A DNA stretch of 62,450 nt, filler included, from Sphacelaria rigidula (lineage: Eukaryota), in NCBI GenBank assembly GCA_964200075.2. It is 8 parts of 8 records of this genome, joined end to end, with 100 filler letters (N's around TTAATTAATTAA, not from the genome) between each part and the next. Parts side by side here need not be neighbours in the genome. Positions count along the whole stretch, not along the records: positions 46,915 to 54,632 come from CAXNAA020013685.1; positions 54,733 to 62,450 come from CAXNAA020013686.1; 6 more parts are not named here. One strand, written 5' to 3'. How positions within the stretch are numbered: position 1 is the stretch's first letter; every line of letters begins with the position of its first letter. Of the stretch, positions 50,286 through 62,450 are shown in pieces. The position numbers and the translations under genes are program-made. Under the pieces are notes generated by a model. The model ran no database searches, was not told the origin of the DNA, and saw only the letters and a program-made list of their open reading frames with translations.

Positions 50286-50657
50286 CGCCCCGGTGGCTCA
50301 GTTGTTAACCTCGTAACCTTCTGACAGTTGAGTAGGGGGGTTCGATTCCCGGAGTGATCTGGAATTTTTTCTCACACCATGCTCAACAGTGGAGAGCGAC
50401 TATGTCGTGGGTACACAAAACTCGACTTAATGGTTGACGAGGGAAAGGGGCTGATGGAATCTCCCGCGAAAAAAAATAAAGGCAAGCACCGCAGAAGGAA
50501 GGTGGAGTATTAGAAACAAATAAAAACGAAAAAGCTCCAGTGTTGACCTTCCTCCTGTGTGACCCCGGCTGATGCGCCCACATATNNNNNNNNNNCATAT
50601 ACCGAAAGGTGTAGACTGGTGCCGAGAATAAATGGGACGACAACACAACACACACAG
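50286..50657 (+). mobile_element. Near full-length tRNA-derived SINE (family A)
   Basis: A-box tggctcagttg, B-box ggttcgattcc, body shared with 7480-7720, then aataaa and a CA-rich tail; contains a 9-N gap. Confidence 0.8.
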
Positions 50658-50929
50658 TGAGGATCTACAGAGCACGATCAATCGTCACTGTGTGCAGTTG
50701 GAGGTCTGCGGATGAACTAGGCGTTCCCCCCCCCTGCGGAGAGCCCTTCGCCTAGCTTTGTTCGTTCGCTGACTGTGCAAAATGACCAGGACTGACACCT
50801 GTTGCGGAAACTCGATCGGTGCTGTGCGGGCGATTTCGGGTCTACCCCTTGGGGAGCTACGTGACGCTACTCAGCAAAAACGTGGCATTAATTTGCTTCA
50901 AAATTGTCTGCAGTACTCGTAAACGAGGG

Positions 50930-51012
50930 GTAGTTGTAGCTCACCGTTGTGTAGTTGTAGTTCACCGTTGTGTAGTTCTAGCCCACCGTTGTGTACTTTT
51001 AGCTCACCGTTG
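50930..51012 (+). repeat. 21-bp minisatellite, 4 copies (gtagttgtagctcaccgttgt)
   Basis: Head-to-tail units without spacers. Confidence 0.92.
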
Positions 51013-52167
51013 ATGGTGACCAGAACCTGCTTCGGGTCCGTGGAGAACAGTCCAGTGTCGAGACAGCCCAGCAGGATGTCCACAAGTTCCCATTTCTCCG
51101 ACTCACCCACCCATTTTATGTTTGTTTGATACGCTTACCTTGGGAGTGGGTGGGTCTAGCGCCTTGTTGGGACGTGCTGCACGGGGAGGGAGGCGTGGCG
51201 GGGATCTACGCTAGATGTGTTTGGGCCGACGTTGATTACTCTCACGAGTATGTTACGGACCCATGGGTCGGGAAGTCAGAGGCAGGTGTGTGATTACAGA
51301 TCCAACTACGTGCATCGGGGGAACCTTACTCTGAGTAGGGATGGTAGCGCAGAAACTTCTGCCGCGCAAAGGTCAAGAGTACCGTCTCACACGTTGACCT
51401 TACGCTACAACATGACCGACATATAGTAACACCACCTTCTCTCATGTCTAGCAAAACCTGCATCGGCCGCGATCGGTGGAGCCACTGTCGATGCCCGATC
51501 TCACTCGCTACTCCGAGTTGGCTTTCGTTGCGCTTGGGGGTCGTCCCTGAAGCTCGCCATCGCAGGTTTCACAAGAAAGATGTACCTGGGGTGTACTTTC
51601 GTGCATCAGGCCACGGCGCTAGCAAATTATTCGCCTGAATAACACCATCAATGGACGAGCTATACGATTGCAGCATGAAAGTAGCTATTAAACTAGCGGA
51701 GATGGCTGTAGAGTAAAATTACCACGGCAAGTAGAGAAAATACAGCTAAAATGTGGAAAGTGAGAGGAGAAAAACGGCAGAAAATCAAGAGGTCCCGCGC
51801 GACAGACAGGGGAACAAAGAGGGAAAGATACCAATATGTCAGTCGGTGAAAAGAGAAATTGACGTGAATAATGCATCATGAGCTACGACTGCTAAATGCA
51901 GACGATGAGGGAAAGGAAGCATTATATTAGTATAAAACAGTGTAATAGCGAGAGAGGGAACAATTGACAGCAAGAAAATACCCGCTGGAGAGAAAAACAA
52001 CGTGGGGAGAAAGTCGCAAAAAATAGAATAGTAGCGGAGTAGGAAAGTGATTACTATTAGAAAAAGATATATATTGAGGAGGACAAGCGGAATAGAAGAA
52101 AACGTGTAGAAAAGGCCGCATATAAGAACATTACAATAGCGGAAGAAGTGACTCATGGTATTTAAAA

Positions 52168-52170
<3 letters not shown>

Positions 52171-52208
<38 letters not shown>
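52171..52208 (+). repeat. (AG)19 microsatellite within a purine-rich low-complexity tract
   Basis: Read directly from the sequence. Confidence 0.95.
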
Positions 52209-52210
<2 letters not shown>

Positions 52211-54632
52211 AGCGCAAGAGGAGAGCAGGAACGGAAAAACAAATAAGGGGAGAAGCCCCAGATCACTGACATGGTGTGATGCGGTAACAACGACCATAAA
52301 TGGGCGCCGGCATTGCGCCGGTGCGTTCGGGATAAGCACAATCGAGCAGCAAAAGTAGCAGGGGCAGCTAGGACGGGCGTAGTTTTATTATCGGTTTATC
52401 TGATGTTTATATGCAGCATTGAAGGTGCTGCTTTAAAAATCACCGTGGCAAAACGAGGCACACAGAGAAAAAAGACACCGGTGCAAAATTGTAGTGGCAG
52501 AAAAGTAAAAATAGTAATCATGAACTGTAAGCAGGGGTAGGTGGGGGAGGGAAAAAACGGAAACATATAACATGGAGTAACGAATCAAATCCCAAAAAAT
52601 AATCAAATAAGGCCCGTTATGAAAAACAAGTCAAATACATGAAATAATTCCTGAACCCCAAATAAATGAAGTCGTAAATATAAAAGAAGAAAAACATGGG
52701 TTACTGTGAAGAGAGGGATCAAACGCCGCTAAACGCTACAGCAGTAGTTGTAGGGTGGACGGAACAAAATGATCAAGGCCTGTGCCCGGCATATAATATC
52801 TCATACAATCGGTGTGTCTACTGCTGCCGAGCAGCCACCCTGGTTGCACTTAGTTTGCCGGTGTGGAGAAGCCGCGATGCCCTCGTAGTATCGTGGCGAA
52901 AAGTTGTTTGCCCCATAAAGTAAAGCGACGATACCGCTTGTCGAGTAGATGTGATGTGCCGAGTTGTAGGCCGATAGGAAGATACCAGTGTAGTGGCGAC
53001 ATGATGTGCCGAGAAGCGGAAGCGAATCCAAACGACTTGTCCCATGCAAATGACTTTTCACAATGACGCACATCAATCAATTCATACTAGGGCTTTTCGC
53101 CATTGCTGGGCGTAGTGCATTTTTCGCCCCCAAGGTGACTTCGGCACAGAAGCTCCGTGGTCGTCGGTAAGTAATTCATTCGAGCACACGAAGAATGACC
53201 CGAACAAGTGCTCAAGCAGTCCTGTGCGTGCGCTTAGAGTTCGTTGGTACAAAGATGTAGAGAGCGCAAACACGCTGCCACCGCATACAGTACACTGCAG
53301 CCACTGCGCGGCTATGTAGCTGGCTAATGTGTGTAAATATAGGGGCACCAGATCTAACAGCAGCTTTTTTATACAGTACGCAGCTGAACCATGAACATGG
53401 ATTACAGTCTCGCCATAACTCCAGGTGCCCACTACACACAACCGCCGGCTGTGTGTCAGTTATGCACACATGTGCAGATATTTAGCCTCGTGATACTCCA
53501 ATATCTAGTAATGGGTCAGCAGCACTTACCTCCAGCCTACAAGGCACGTTGTACACAACGTGCACGTTGTAACATCCAGGCCTACTGTGGGAAAATGTGC
53601 CTTGCACTGCAGTCAGTTAGAGGTGTGAACATATTACTCAAAATTCTCTCATTATCCGGTGCAAGCTCGTGCACAGGCGGACGCATTCTGTCTGCAGCAT
53701 TTTTAGCGATGGTGTGTGTGGATTAATTACCACGCCGTAGACGCGCACGGCCGTGTAAAAGGGTGCACGACAGGATGTACTTACAGTGCCGCTTTGGTAC
53801 GGGAAGTATCGAGTTCACGATACAGCTGCGTGTTCCCTGTTTTGTCCAGCCTGATGATTACTTTGAGAAACCACAGGGGTGCAAAGTTCGGTGCGGACAA
53901 AAAAAACACGCAATCGGTTGTCCGGCTACCTCAAGTTGAATAGAAAGCTTGAGTGTTGCACTACATAGTATGCAGACAAGACGCGAAACAGTGCAGCTCT
54001 ATAGCGATGCGACTATGCAGTACTGCTTATTTTCTCGATTGGACACCATGTTGTGGTCTAGCCACGAGGCGATAAGGGTATCACTCTCAAGCAACAGACC
54101 AGGTCAGGAGTTGCACGAAGCAAACGGCTAGCTAGCCGCAATGAATAACTGCAGTCGAGCGGAGTAACGTTCCAGCTCGTGGTTCACAGACCCTTGAGTC
54201 CGAACCAGCAATGCATCATAAGGCGAAACTAGACTCACTTTCACGTGCAGAGAAGGGCTCTTGACTTGCTTGCAAGCAGCATGTCTCCAAGGGGCGGCTG
54301 ACAGTTATTTTTATGAGGCGCTGCTATAATAGGCAGCTAAACGACTGCGCTAGTAGCTGGAAGTTCTGAGGGGCTAGGGGCCCGGGTGAAGCACGCCAAG
54401 TTGGAACACAACACCAATATACGAATGGAATAAAACCTACTGCACGTGTCACGCGTACTTGGAAACGCCTACTACATATAATAGCCGATCCTAATTTTTG
54501 GGGTGAAACATAAAATGAGGTTGAAGTCCCATTTCTCCATTGCAGGGAAGATACGAAAAAACACACAAAAAAAAGAGTATCTTCCCCCCCCAAACTCCGC
54601 GGGAGACCGCGAGAGTAGGTCACCTGCTGAAT

Positions 54633-54732
54633 NNNNNNNNNNNNNNNNNNNNNNNNNNNNNNNNNNNNNNNNNNNNTTAATTAATTAANNNNNNNNNNNN
54701 NNNNNNNNNNNNNNNNNNNNNNNNNNNNNNNN
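54633..54732. other. Artificial contig linker
   Basis: N44-TTAATTAATTAA-N44. Confidence 0.98.
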
Positions 54733-54885
54733 GTACACGCAGCCCAGACACGTGGAATGGCGGAAAAGTTGCGTGGATACCCCTTGGACCAGCGATCAAT
54801 TTGTTTCTCCCTTTTGGGCGATCAGGCCGAAGAAATAGTGAATTTGGTGATTTTGAGCCGTGATGATTGATTGGTGCTAACCGTG

Positions 54886-55167
54886 AAATCTTCGAAATAT
54901 TGTTCCATTTCTTCACCTATTGATAGCTACTGACAACTGCTATACGCCGTAGAAATTTGGATTTCGAGCACCGAAATTATGGGGTCCCACGTGAAAAACC
55001 AATTGCGGAACCATTTTGGCGTCCGTTCGGACACCCGAAATTCCCCAACAATGGTTTTTCACCTAGGACCGCAAAATTTCGGTGATCGAAATCCAGATTT
55101 GTACGACTTGTAGCAGTTGTCAATAGCTATCAGTAGGTGAAGAAATGGAACCATATCTCCAAGATTT
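54886..55167. mobile_element. Foldback/MITE-like element with imperfect arms of about 140 bp
   Basis: gttccatttcttcacctattgatagcta pairs with tagctatcagtaggtgaagaaatggaac, and pairing continues to the centre near 55027. Confidence 0.78.
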
Positions 55168-56964
55168 GGTGTGGATAAGAATATTTTGATTTTCCGGGTT
55201 TCTCATCCTCAATAGAAGATCCATCCCCAATTTGTAAGATCCCGTGTTAATAGCGGAATACGCACGCTGGATAATAGCCCCCCAGACGTCGGGAGCCTGC
55301 GGTATTTCCAGATTCCCCCCCCCCCCCTCCCCTTCCTCGCCGAATTCCGAGCGTTGGGGCTATAATGCTTTTTCAACACGTCGGGCAGGCACCCTTGCTC
55401 ACCCCCAAGAAAGGGCGAATACGGCGAAGAAAGGACGAATACGGTGGGGATCGAAACCGACCACCCCAAAAACCCGATCTTGCTGACCCAGTTGCCTCCC
55501 CACGTGTTGTGCGTTGAAGGATATGAGGCATTGCAGTACACGCATGTTTCTCATCACTATCGACACGTATGACACGTAGTTATCGGCGGAGAAATGCGTC
55601 GTGCAATAACAGCAGCTAGCTGGCGTACAGTACAGTAGTGGTACACCGTCAGCGTCCATGCACACCCCACGTGAATACCTTGTCATGAAGATTTTCAAAA
55701 TGCTGTAGTACTGGACTGATCCCCACGTGTGTGTGTTATTTTCATCTGATGGTGTGCGGCAACATGATTGCGATGGCAAAGAACGCAAACAAGCAAGGGC
55801 TACCGTTGTTCCGCGACAGCTCCGGCACGTAAGGTAATCCTTTGAAAGCGGTTGCTTCGTTAGCTTCTTTCTCGATCTCCACTGCTCTTGCTGGCATATT
55901 CTGTCCCGACGATTAACTTGGCGAAACAGCAACCACTTAGAGTAGCAAGGGGGATCATGACCCAAGTGAGCAAGTCTGAACAGGAACAATCCTGGTGGCT
56001 ACGGGCGCCCACAAACAGAGTGGGTGCGAGTACCCTTTGAATAATCGAAAAACATCCAAGTCAAATTCGTTTGCGTGCGCCCTAAACGTGTCGTGAACTT
56101 TGAACTTTGAACTTTGTATCATCGCTGCCTGCACTCTTTGTGTTGTGGCATGCCCTCTTCACCCGTACGTCTTGCCTCTTCGGGAGTCGGCACCGAGTCC
56201 CCAGACGATGTACCTATGCCCACGCTCATGTTCACGTGCGAACGGACACAGCTTTCCCAGATAGTCACTCGCTTCGCAGGCTTGTTACCACAATGCGCTG
56301 CAAGTACGAACACTTGAACTGTTGAGTACCTTTCGCTTTCTTCCGCGGGTACAGAGAACATGCGCGGTGTACATATATGCTTTTGGTCTTTTTCCATTTT
56401 AAAGGACAGAGGCGTTTGCGGTTTCATATTCAGAGTAGTTGAACGCCTGCAATCTTGCTGCAATCGCCACCATGATGCAGGCTGTGCGTCGATCATACCG
56501 GTGAGGTGCGGTACGCTGTGAGAGGGTACTACGTATATCATGCTTTGGCTGCTGAGGGCAAGGAAGCTTGCATGTTTTTGGGCTGAATGAAGCGATGTGA
56601 CAACCTCGGTGAGTGTTGGTCACTGCAGCAACGGAGGGCATGGTGTGTTGCTAATACTCAATTTAGCTGCAACTTCCGTACCGAACACGACGGACGGCAG
56701 CATATGCTGTAGGATACTCGCACCACAACTAGGGGTAGAGCAAGTAATTTATCTGCAGTATGATTTGTGGAATTGCTACATATACCCCCATTTAAAATGT
56801 TTTACGTGCTGGCCCAGTCTAGGAGCGGATCTGTAGGTTGCAGACCCATGCTTGCTTCAATTTTGAAAGTTGAGGGTCAAAGTAGGCGCGACCTATTTGC
56901 AGGTGGGGTATGCAGATAAGAGGGTACAGGTCGCGAACGCCTCCGAACCAATTCCACGACAAAC

Positions 56965-59191
56965 CAGGGATGCATATCCGACCGAGAATAAAGCTCGATA
57001 GATATTGTTACGAATTAATAGAAAATCAAACCACAAGCGCCGATACCGATATTTTCGTCGATATTCCGAAAATGACACTGTACGAATCGACTATCGATAT
57101 TCGATACGATACGGCTGTTTTGGTATGGCCGCAGCGTACAAGACCGAGCAGTACACTGGCACACTGACACCCTCACTCACTATTGTAGGTCGCTTAAGAT
57201 ACCACATCCCCTCGACAGATTTTCAAAGCTCAGTAACTCCTCACCAGAAGCAATGCCAGGGCTTAACTAGGCGGCGTTGCAACCATCTAGTCGAGAGAAA
57301 GTAATCGGGCTTTGGAAATCGCTCCTGAGGGTATGGTATCTCAAGCAACCTACGGTAGTTTCCAGTAGACAGCAGTTGATACATGATGTACAGCAGCGGG
57401 TAGTGTGCAAATTGACATCATAGCAGCGGCGACATGCGGTGATACAGCTGTCTTGCGATCTTTCGTCGTGCAAGAGGTAGTTGATCACAGCGGGCCGGGT
57501 GTGGTATTGATGATACTGTTTTCATTTGTACGGTGACTACCGTGATATCCTCTGTGAACGCCCCGGGGCGCGCATCAAAATCCGATCGTCAGAGGATCGC
57601 CCCGGGGTGTTTTCAAAGGTAGAGGGGTGATCTTCCGTAGAAAAAAAAACACCCCGGGGCTTTTCCGCCCCGGGGCGTGGGCCTTTTGTAGTTTTTACCT
57701 GCACAACATCCACGGCAGGTCTACGGGGACCTCTCTCGTCTTGGAACCCACGATGTCGGGCCTCAACGCTATCTACGAGCAAGCTTTTAAGAGGCGCAAA
57801 AAGGCCTGTGATTGGGGAAGCTTGCGTCGTCCGCAGAGTGGTGAGGAGAAGGAAGACGGGGATGACGGCCCCTCCAACAAAAAACAAAAGGGTCCGCTCA
57901 AACGAGTGTACCCTGAGCCCAACTTTGCCCTCTCGAGAGTCACCGGGCCAAAGGGGCGCTCCTCGTACCAGGAAAGACATGGAACAACATCAACAACCAT
58001 AACAACAACCACAACAACAACAACAATAACAAAGATAGCAACGACAACAACAACAATAGGAACGACACACAGCACAGTCAGCAGTAGCAGTAGCACAAAC
58101 ACGACAGGAGCTACAGGACAGCTGTAGCAGCAGCAGTGTAGATGTAGCAGCAGCAGTAGCGGAGGCAGCTGATTGAAAGAACGCCCCGTGGGGAGCCACG
58201 AAAAACGAACGAACGCCCGGGGGGCGCAAAAAAAAGGGGGGGCGAACAAAGAACGCCCCGGGGTGAACACAAAGGAAGAGGGTCAATTTTTTTTTTGCAA
58301 AAAAACATAGCGCCCCGGGGTGAAAAGGTTTTTGGCGTCAAATAACGATTTGGGGGGAGGGGGGGGGGAGGGGTTCTCAAAGGGGGGCGTTCACAGAGGA
58401 TATTACGGTATTCCGTGTGTTTCCATCGAATGAGCGCATACCTCGACTCTGCACATTCATGAGAAAAGGAAGAGGTGTCAAACCTCGAACATGCACAAAC
58501 TCAAATGCGAGCTCTCTTTTTTCAACGTTCTTCACTACCAATAACAGGAAACGTCGACAGCATGCGTCAAGTTTCAATTTTTGGATTCCAAAATATATGT
58601 ATATATATATATGTATCTCACCAACTGAGAAGAAAAAAACACTGAGCTTGAAACAACGAGAATGTCCAGACTAATGGATGGAGGGGAAAATTAATCCAAC
58701 ACTCGTCAAACATGAAGGAAAAGCGAAGCGACAGTACCATCTCCTCATGCTCCGAAGGACAGCTGTGTTCTACTATCATCTGCAGCTCTGCATTGATCGT
58801 GACCTCATATCTACTCCGCCACGCCACCCGTATGTTGCCGTTGGTAAACCTCCCCGCTTAATCATATCACCAAACTCTAAACCCACGAGGCATAAGCGGT
58901 GTGTGGTGTGTCAAGGGGACCTTGTGGAGTGAGGGATGAGGGGGGGCAGGGTTGTACATCAACTGGGGGTCTGTCGTTCGAGAAATACCACTCCCCCTCT
59001 GCGTTTACTGTGACGACGGCTTCGAGAAATTGAGCTAATGTGACAAAAAATAAACAAAAATATCGAGCGTATCGATATTCGATATTGATACATATCACAT
59101 GTATCGGTTTTCTACGCTCCGATACCGATAGGGCATATCGCCGATATTTATCGAAATCGTATCGATGATCGATATCCGATGTGCAACCCTG
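56965..59191 (+). mobile_element. hAT-type non-autonomous element (about 1.36 kb plus a nested insertion), copy 1
   Basis: TIRs cagggatgcatat / atgtgcaaccctg; perfect 8-bp TSD CGACAAAC; atcgat-rich subterminal repeats. Confidence 0.92.
57540..58408 (+). mobile_element. pogo-type internally deleted element nested in the hAT element
   Basis: TA|ccgtgatatcctctgtgaacgcccc ... ggggcgttcacagaggatattacgg|TA. The empty site with a single TA is visible in copy 2 near 61138. ORF remnant ..YPEPNFALSRVTGPKGRSSY; cgccccgggg subterminal motifs. Confidence 0.9.
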
Positions 59192-60337
59192 CGACAAACC
59201 CAATTTGAAATGTCGATGAGCACACGAAGCAACAGGCATACTCCACAGTAGCGCACAGCAGGGCTGTAACACCGATCATACTTTTTTGGTTGTAGGGCAG
59301 GATGCTGTAATCGTAGGCGACGATGAGTTTTTCGCTCTATACTACTGGGAATCGTAGAATCAATCGTTTTTTCTTGGGGCACTTCTTCAAGCCATGTTCT
59401 TGAAAAAACAAAAATATGTTGATAGTTGATAGTTGCTGCGGCATGGACAACATGATATTCGCTTGGTGTTCAAGTGTAATCCTGTCGTCATGAGAGTGTG
59501 CATTACGTAATGACAACCGTTCACACCCGCCGCAGCCCATGCGCAGGAATACAGTGTGTCCGCGCAGAAAACGGCTTTTGAATGCTCTGAGTACTATACA
59601 TGACCGTATACCCGCAAGTAGGAAAACTCGTGAAATCACACCATCATTGTACTACAAGTACCGTTGTCTGCTGTCCGCTGTGCGGACTGTACACTATGTA
59701 CAGCGGACGGCAGACAACAGCAGCAGTACATGAGTACTACTGTACAGGGCCTACAGTGCTCTCAACGCAGTTGACAACTGGTGCGATACAGGAATACTCC
59801 CACTACTCGGGCTGTTAATTGGGTAGCCTGCACAGTGCACAGACACAGTGTACAGACAGCGTGTTGTCTTGTACAACAGCAGTGCAGCACCAGTGTGATA
59901 TGGCCGTATTCTCGATGGCAAGCAGTTGATGCATACTGTTTACAGTCCGTGTAGTCAGAGCATCCGTACAGCCGAGCATGCGCGGTGCTTGGCTGGCCAA
60001 TAACACAAGACGACTGTTTTCTCGTCAATATCGAGCGGAGAGCTCATCGCCGCAGGCGTGTGTGGTCTCCTGCACTACGACAAGATGTTTTCTCCACTAC
60101 TCTGCTGTGGACTGCTGTGAAGTGCGACTGACCGTTGTTTCGTATGCCCAGCATTTCGATTTGAAATTGGGCTTATCTTGGGTTGGTTCTGGAGGCGTTC
60201 GCGACCTGTACGCTCTTATTTGCATACGCCACCTGCAGATAGGTCGCGCCGTCCAAGTATGGCAGGAAATCGATCAGTGCTTTTCCTTTTCCATATAGTA
60301 CCGTATATTGGAGGCATTTGTGCGGGAGAATATGCAC

Positions 60338-61711
60338 CAGAGTTGCACATCGGATATCGATCATCGATACGATTTCGATAAATATCGTCGATATGCTATA
60401 TCGGTATCGGAGCGTAGAAAACCGATATATGTTGTATGTATCAATATCGAACATCGATACCCTCGATATTTTTGTTTCTTTTTTGTCACATTAGCTCAAT
60501 TTCTCGAAGCCGTCGTCACAGGAAACGCAGGGGGGGTGGTATTTCCCGAACGGCAGACCTCCAGTTGTAGAGCGCTTGCGAGTATAGCTCTAGAGCGGTT
60601 GCACGGTGTGCAAATGGATGCAGTATCTACTCGTACGATAGGAGGCGATAGAGTTCCCGCTGGTGCCTCGTGGGTTTGGCGATATGATTCAGCGGGGGTG
60701 TTTACCAACGGCAACATACGGGTGGCGTGGCGGTGTAGATATGAGGTCACGATCAATGCAAAGCTGCAGATAACAGTGAGAAACAGCTTTCCTTCGGTGT
60801 GTGAGCAGATGGTACCGTCGCTTCGCCTTTCCTTCATGTTTGGCGAGGGTTGGATTAATTTTCCCCTCCATCCATTAGTCTGGACATTCTAATTGTTGCA
60901 AGCTTAGTGGTTTTTTCTTCTTGGTTATTGACATACAAATATATATATATATATATTGGCATCCAAATATTCAAACTTGACGCATGCTGCCGACGTTTCC
61001 TGTTATTGGCAGTGATGAACGCTGAGAAAAAATGAGCGCGCATTCGAGTATGTGCATGTTCGAGGTTTGACACGTTTTCGCTTTCTCATGAATGTGCAGA
61101 GTCGAGGTATGCGCTCATTCGATCGAAACACACGGAATAGTGGTGGCCGTTAAAATGAAAGCAGTATAACCAATACCATACCCGGTCCGCTATGACCAAC
61201 TACCTCTTGCGCGATGACGAAAAATATTCGTAAGACAGCTGTATCACCGCATGCCGCGGCTGCTATGATGTCAATTTGCACACTACCCGCTGCTGTACAT
61301 CATGTGTCCACTGCTGTCCACTGGAAACTACCGTAGGTTGCTAAAGATAGCACACCCTCAGGAGCGATAATCAAAGCTCGATTACTTTCTCTCGACGAGA
61401 TGGTTGTAACGCCGTCCAGTTCAGCCCTGGCATCGCTTCTGGTGAGGAGTAAGTGAGGTTTGAGAATCTGTCCAGGGGATGTGGTGTCTTCTGCGACCTA
61501 CAATAGTGAGTGAGGGTGTCAGTCTGCCAGTGTACTGCTCGGTCTTGTACGCTGCGGCTATACCAAAGCCGCCGTATGGTATCGAATATTGATAGTCGAT
61601 ACGTATCGTGTCATTTTCGGAATATCGACAAAAATATCGGTATCGGCGCTTGTGGTTCGATATTCTAAGAATATCTATCGATCTCTATTCTCGGTCCGAT
61701 ATGCCACCCGG
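60338..61711 (-). mobile_element. hAT-type non-autonomous element, copy 2 (inverted)
   Basis: Reverse complement of copy 1 without the nested element; TSD atatgcac/atatgtac. Confidence 0.9.
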
Positions 61712-61808
61712 ATATGTACCTTCCAGTAGCTACTTGTACTCTCATATTCCGCAGTTTTTAGTGGGCGGCGCTCCCGCGGGGCCCCCTCACCAGCCGGGGG
61801 GGAGCGTT

Positions 61809-61834
61809 GGCGGCGAGCGGCGCCGCTCGCCGCC
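61809..61834. repeat. Perfect 26-bp GC-rich palindrome
   Basis: ggcggcgagcggc|gccgctcgccgcc. Confidence 0.92.
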
Positions 61835-61939
61835 GATTGTTGTCCAGTTTATCGGCGAAGTCGATTAAGTGCAAAACAATCGATGTACTGGCCCCGTTAA
61901 CGGCCAGTTTAAGCTTTAGCTGGCCAGAGCAGCCAGTTC

Positions 61940-62450
61940 ACAGCCCTAGCAATCCCTCTTCTCCCCACATCCATCTGAACTCTACCGGATTTTTCTTATC
62001 TTTGTTACAGCCGAGTGCCGCGCATTTGTTGACGTTCGGTATCACTCTCCATTTCCTCGTGTATTCTAGCGCCTTGTCTATCTGTGTCTGTAATCATTCT
62101 GGTGTCCCTGAAATCTCCACAAAATCATCCGCGAACATCAATCCTGATACCATATCTTCACCCACCGTGACCCCTTGCTTCGCTGCTTCTATTGCTACAA
62201 TCAAGTCATTGATAAATTCCTTTGAATAAAGTGAGTGATAACGTACATCCTTGTGCAACTCATTGTAAGATATTGAAGTATTTCGATATTTCCACATCTA
62301 GCATCATCGCCCTTTTGGCACATTCTGTCATCTTCACCATTCTCCACATCTTACCTGTGATCCCAGCTTCCCGCAACTCTTTCCTCAACCCATTTCTCCA
62401 TACTGTGTCATAAGCCTTTTGCACGTCCAGAAAGAAACAGTACGTTGTTC
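61940..62450 (-). pseudogene. Non-LTR (LINE) reverse transcriptase fragment
   Basis: FLDVQKAYDTVWRNGL, VAQGCTLS, FINDLIVAIE, GLMFADDF and KWRVIPNVNKC, with stops and frameshifts; runs off the contig end. Confidence 0.92.

Noticed and set aside
50286-50360. Functional tRNA genes (also about 10900-10978, 14635-14705, 25545-25625 and 31350-31435)
   Set aside because: A/B boxes are present but I could not fold a full cloverleaf, and most continue into shared repeat bodies, so they are SINE heads.
50930-51012. 21-bp repeats as a CRISPR array or repeat protein
   Set aside because: Simple tandem minisatellite with no spacers and no supported gene.
51839-52339. 166-aa hydrophobic ORF resembling a membrane protein
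   Set aside because: Antisense reading of a purine-rich low-complexity tract that includes (AG)n.
56965-61711. A single 4.7-kb foldback transposon
   Set aside because: Each arm has its own TIRs and its own 8-bp TSD, so these are two insertions.

Overview
This window is not one continuous locus. It is eight unrelated contigs (7720, 7719, 7719, 7719, 7719, 7718, 7718 and 7718 bp, sorted by length) joined by artificial 100-bp N44-TTAATTAATTAA-N44 linkers, so adjacency across a linker means nothing. The DNA is eukaryotic and repeat-rich. An EsV-1-7-type motif, the long-intron gene structure and the transposon mix suggest a brown alga or other stramenopile (inference). The only clearly intact host gene is the last four exons of a GRWD1/RRB1 WD40 ribosome-biogenesis gene, which includes a GC-AG intron. 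The rest is mobile DNA: Ty3/Gypsy, Ty1/Copia, LINE and DIRS/Ngaro remnants, tRNA-derived SINEs, and hAT, pogo and mariner derivatives, several with readable target-site duplications (TSDs). Three observations stand out. (1) A spliced pogo DD35D transposase has a first exon encoding an EsV-1-7-type Cys/His motif. (2) A decayed tyrosine recombinase lies right beside a perfect 90-bp loopless palindrome. (3) A composite hAT-type element (MITE-cargo-MITE) has moved as one unit and is seen at two independent loci with 8-bp TSDs.
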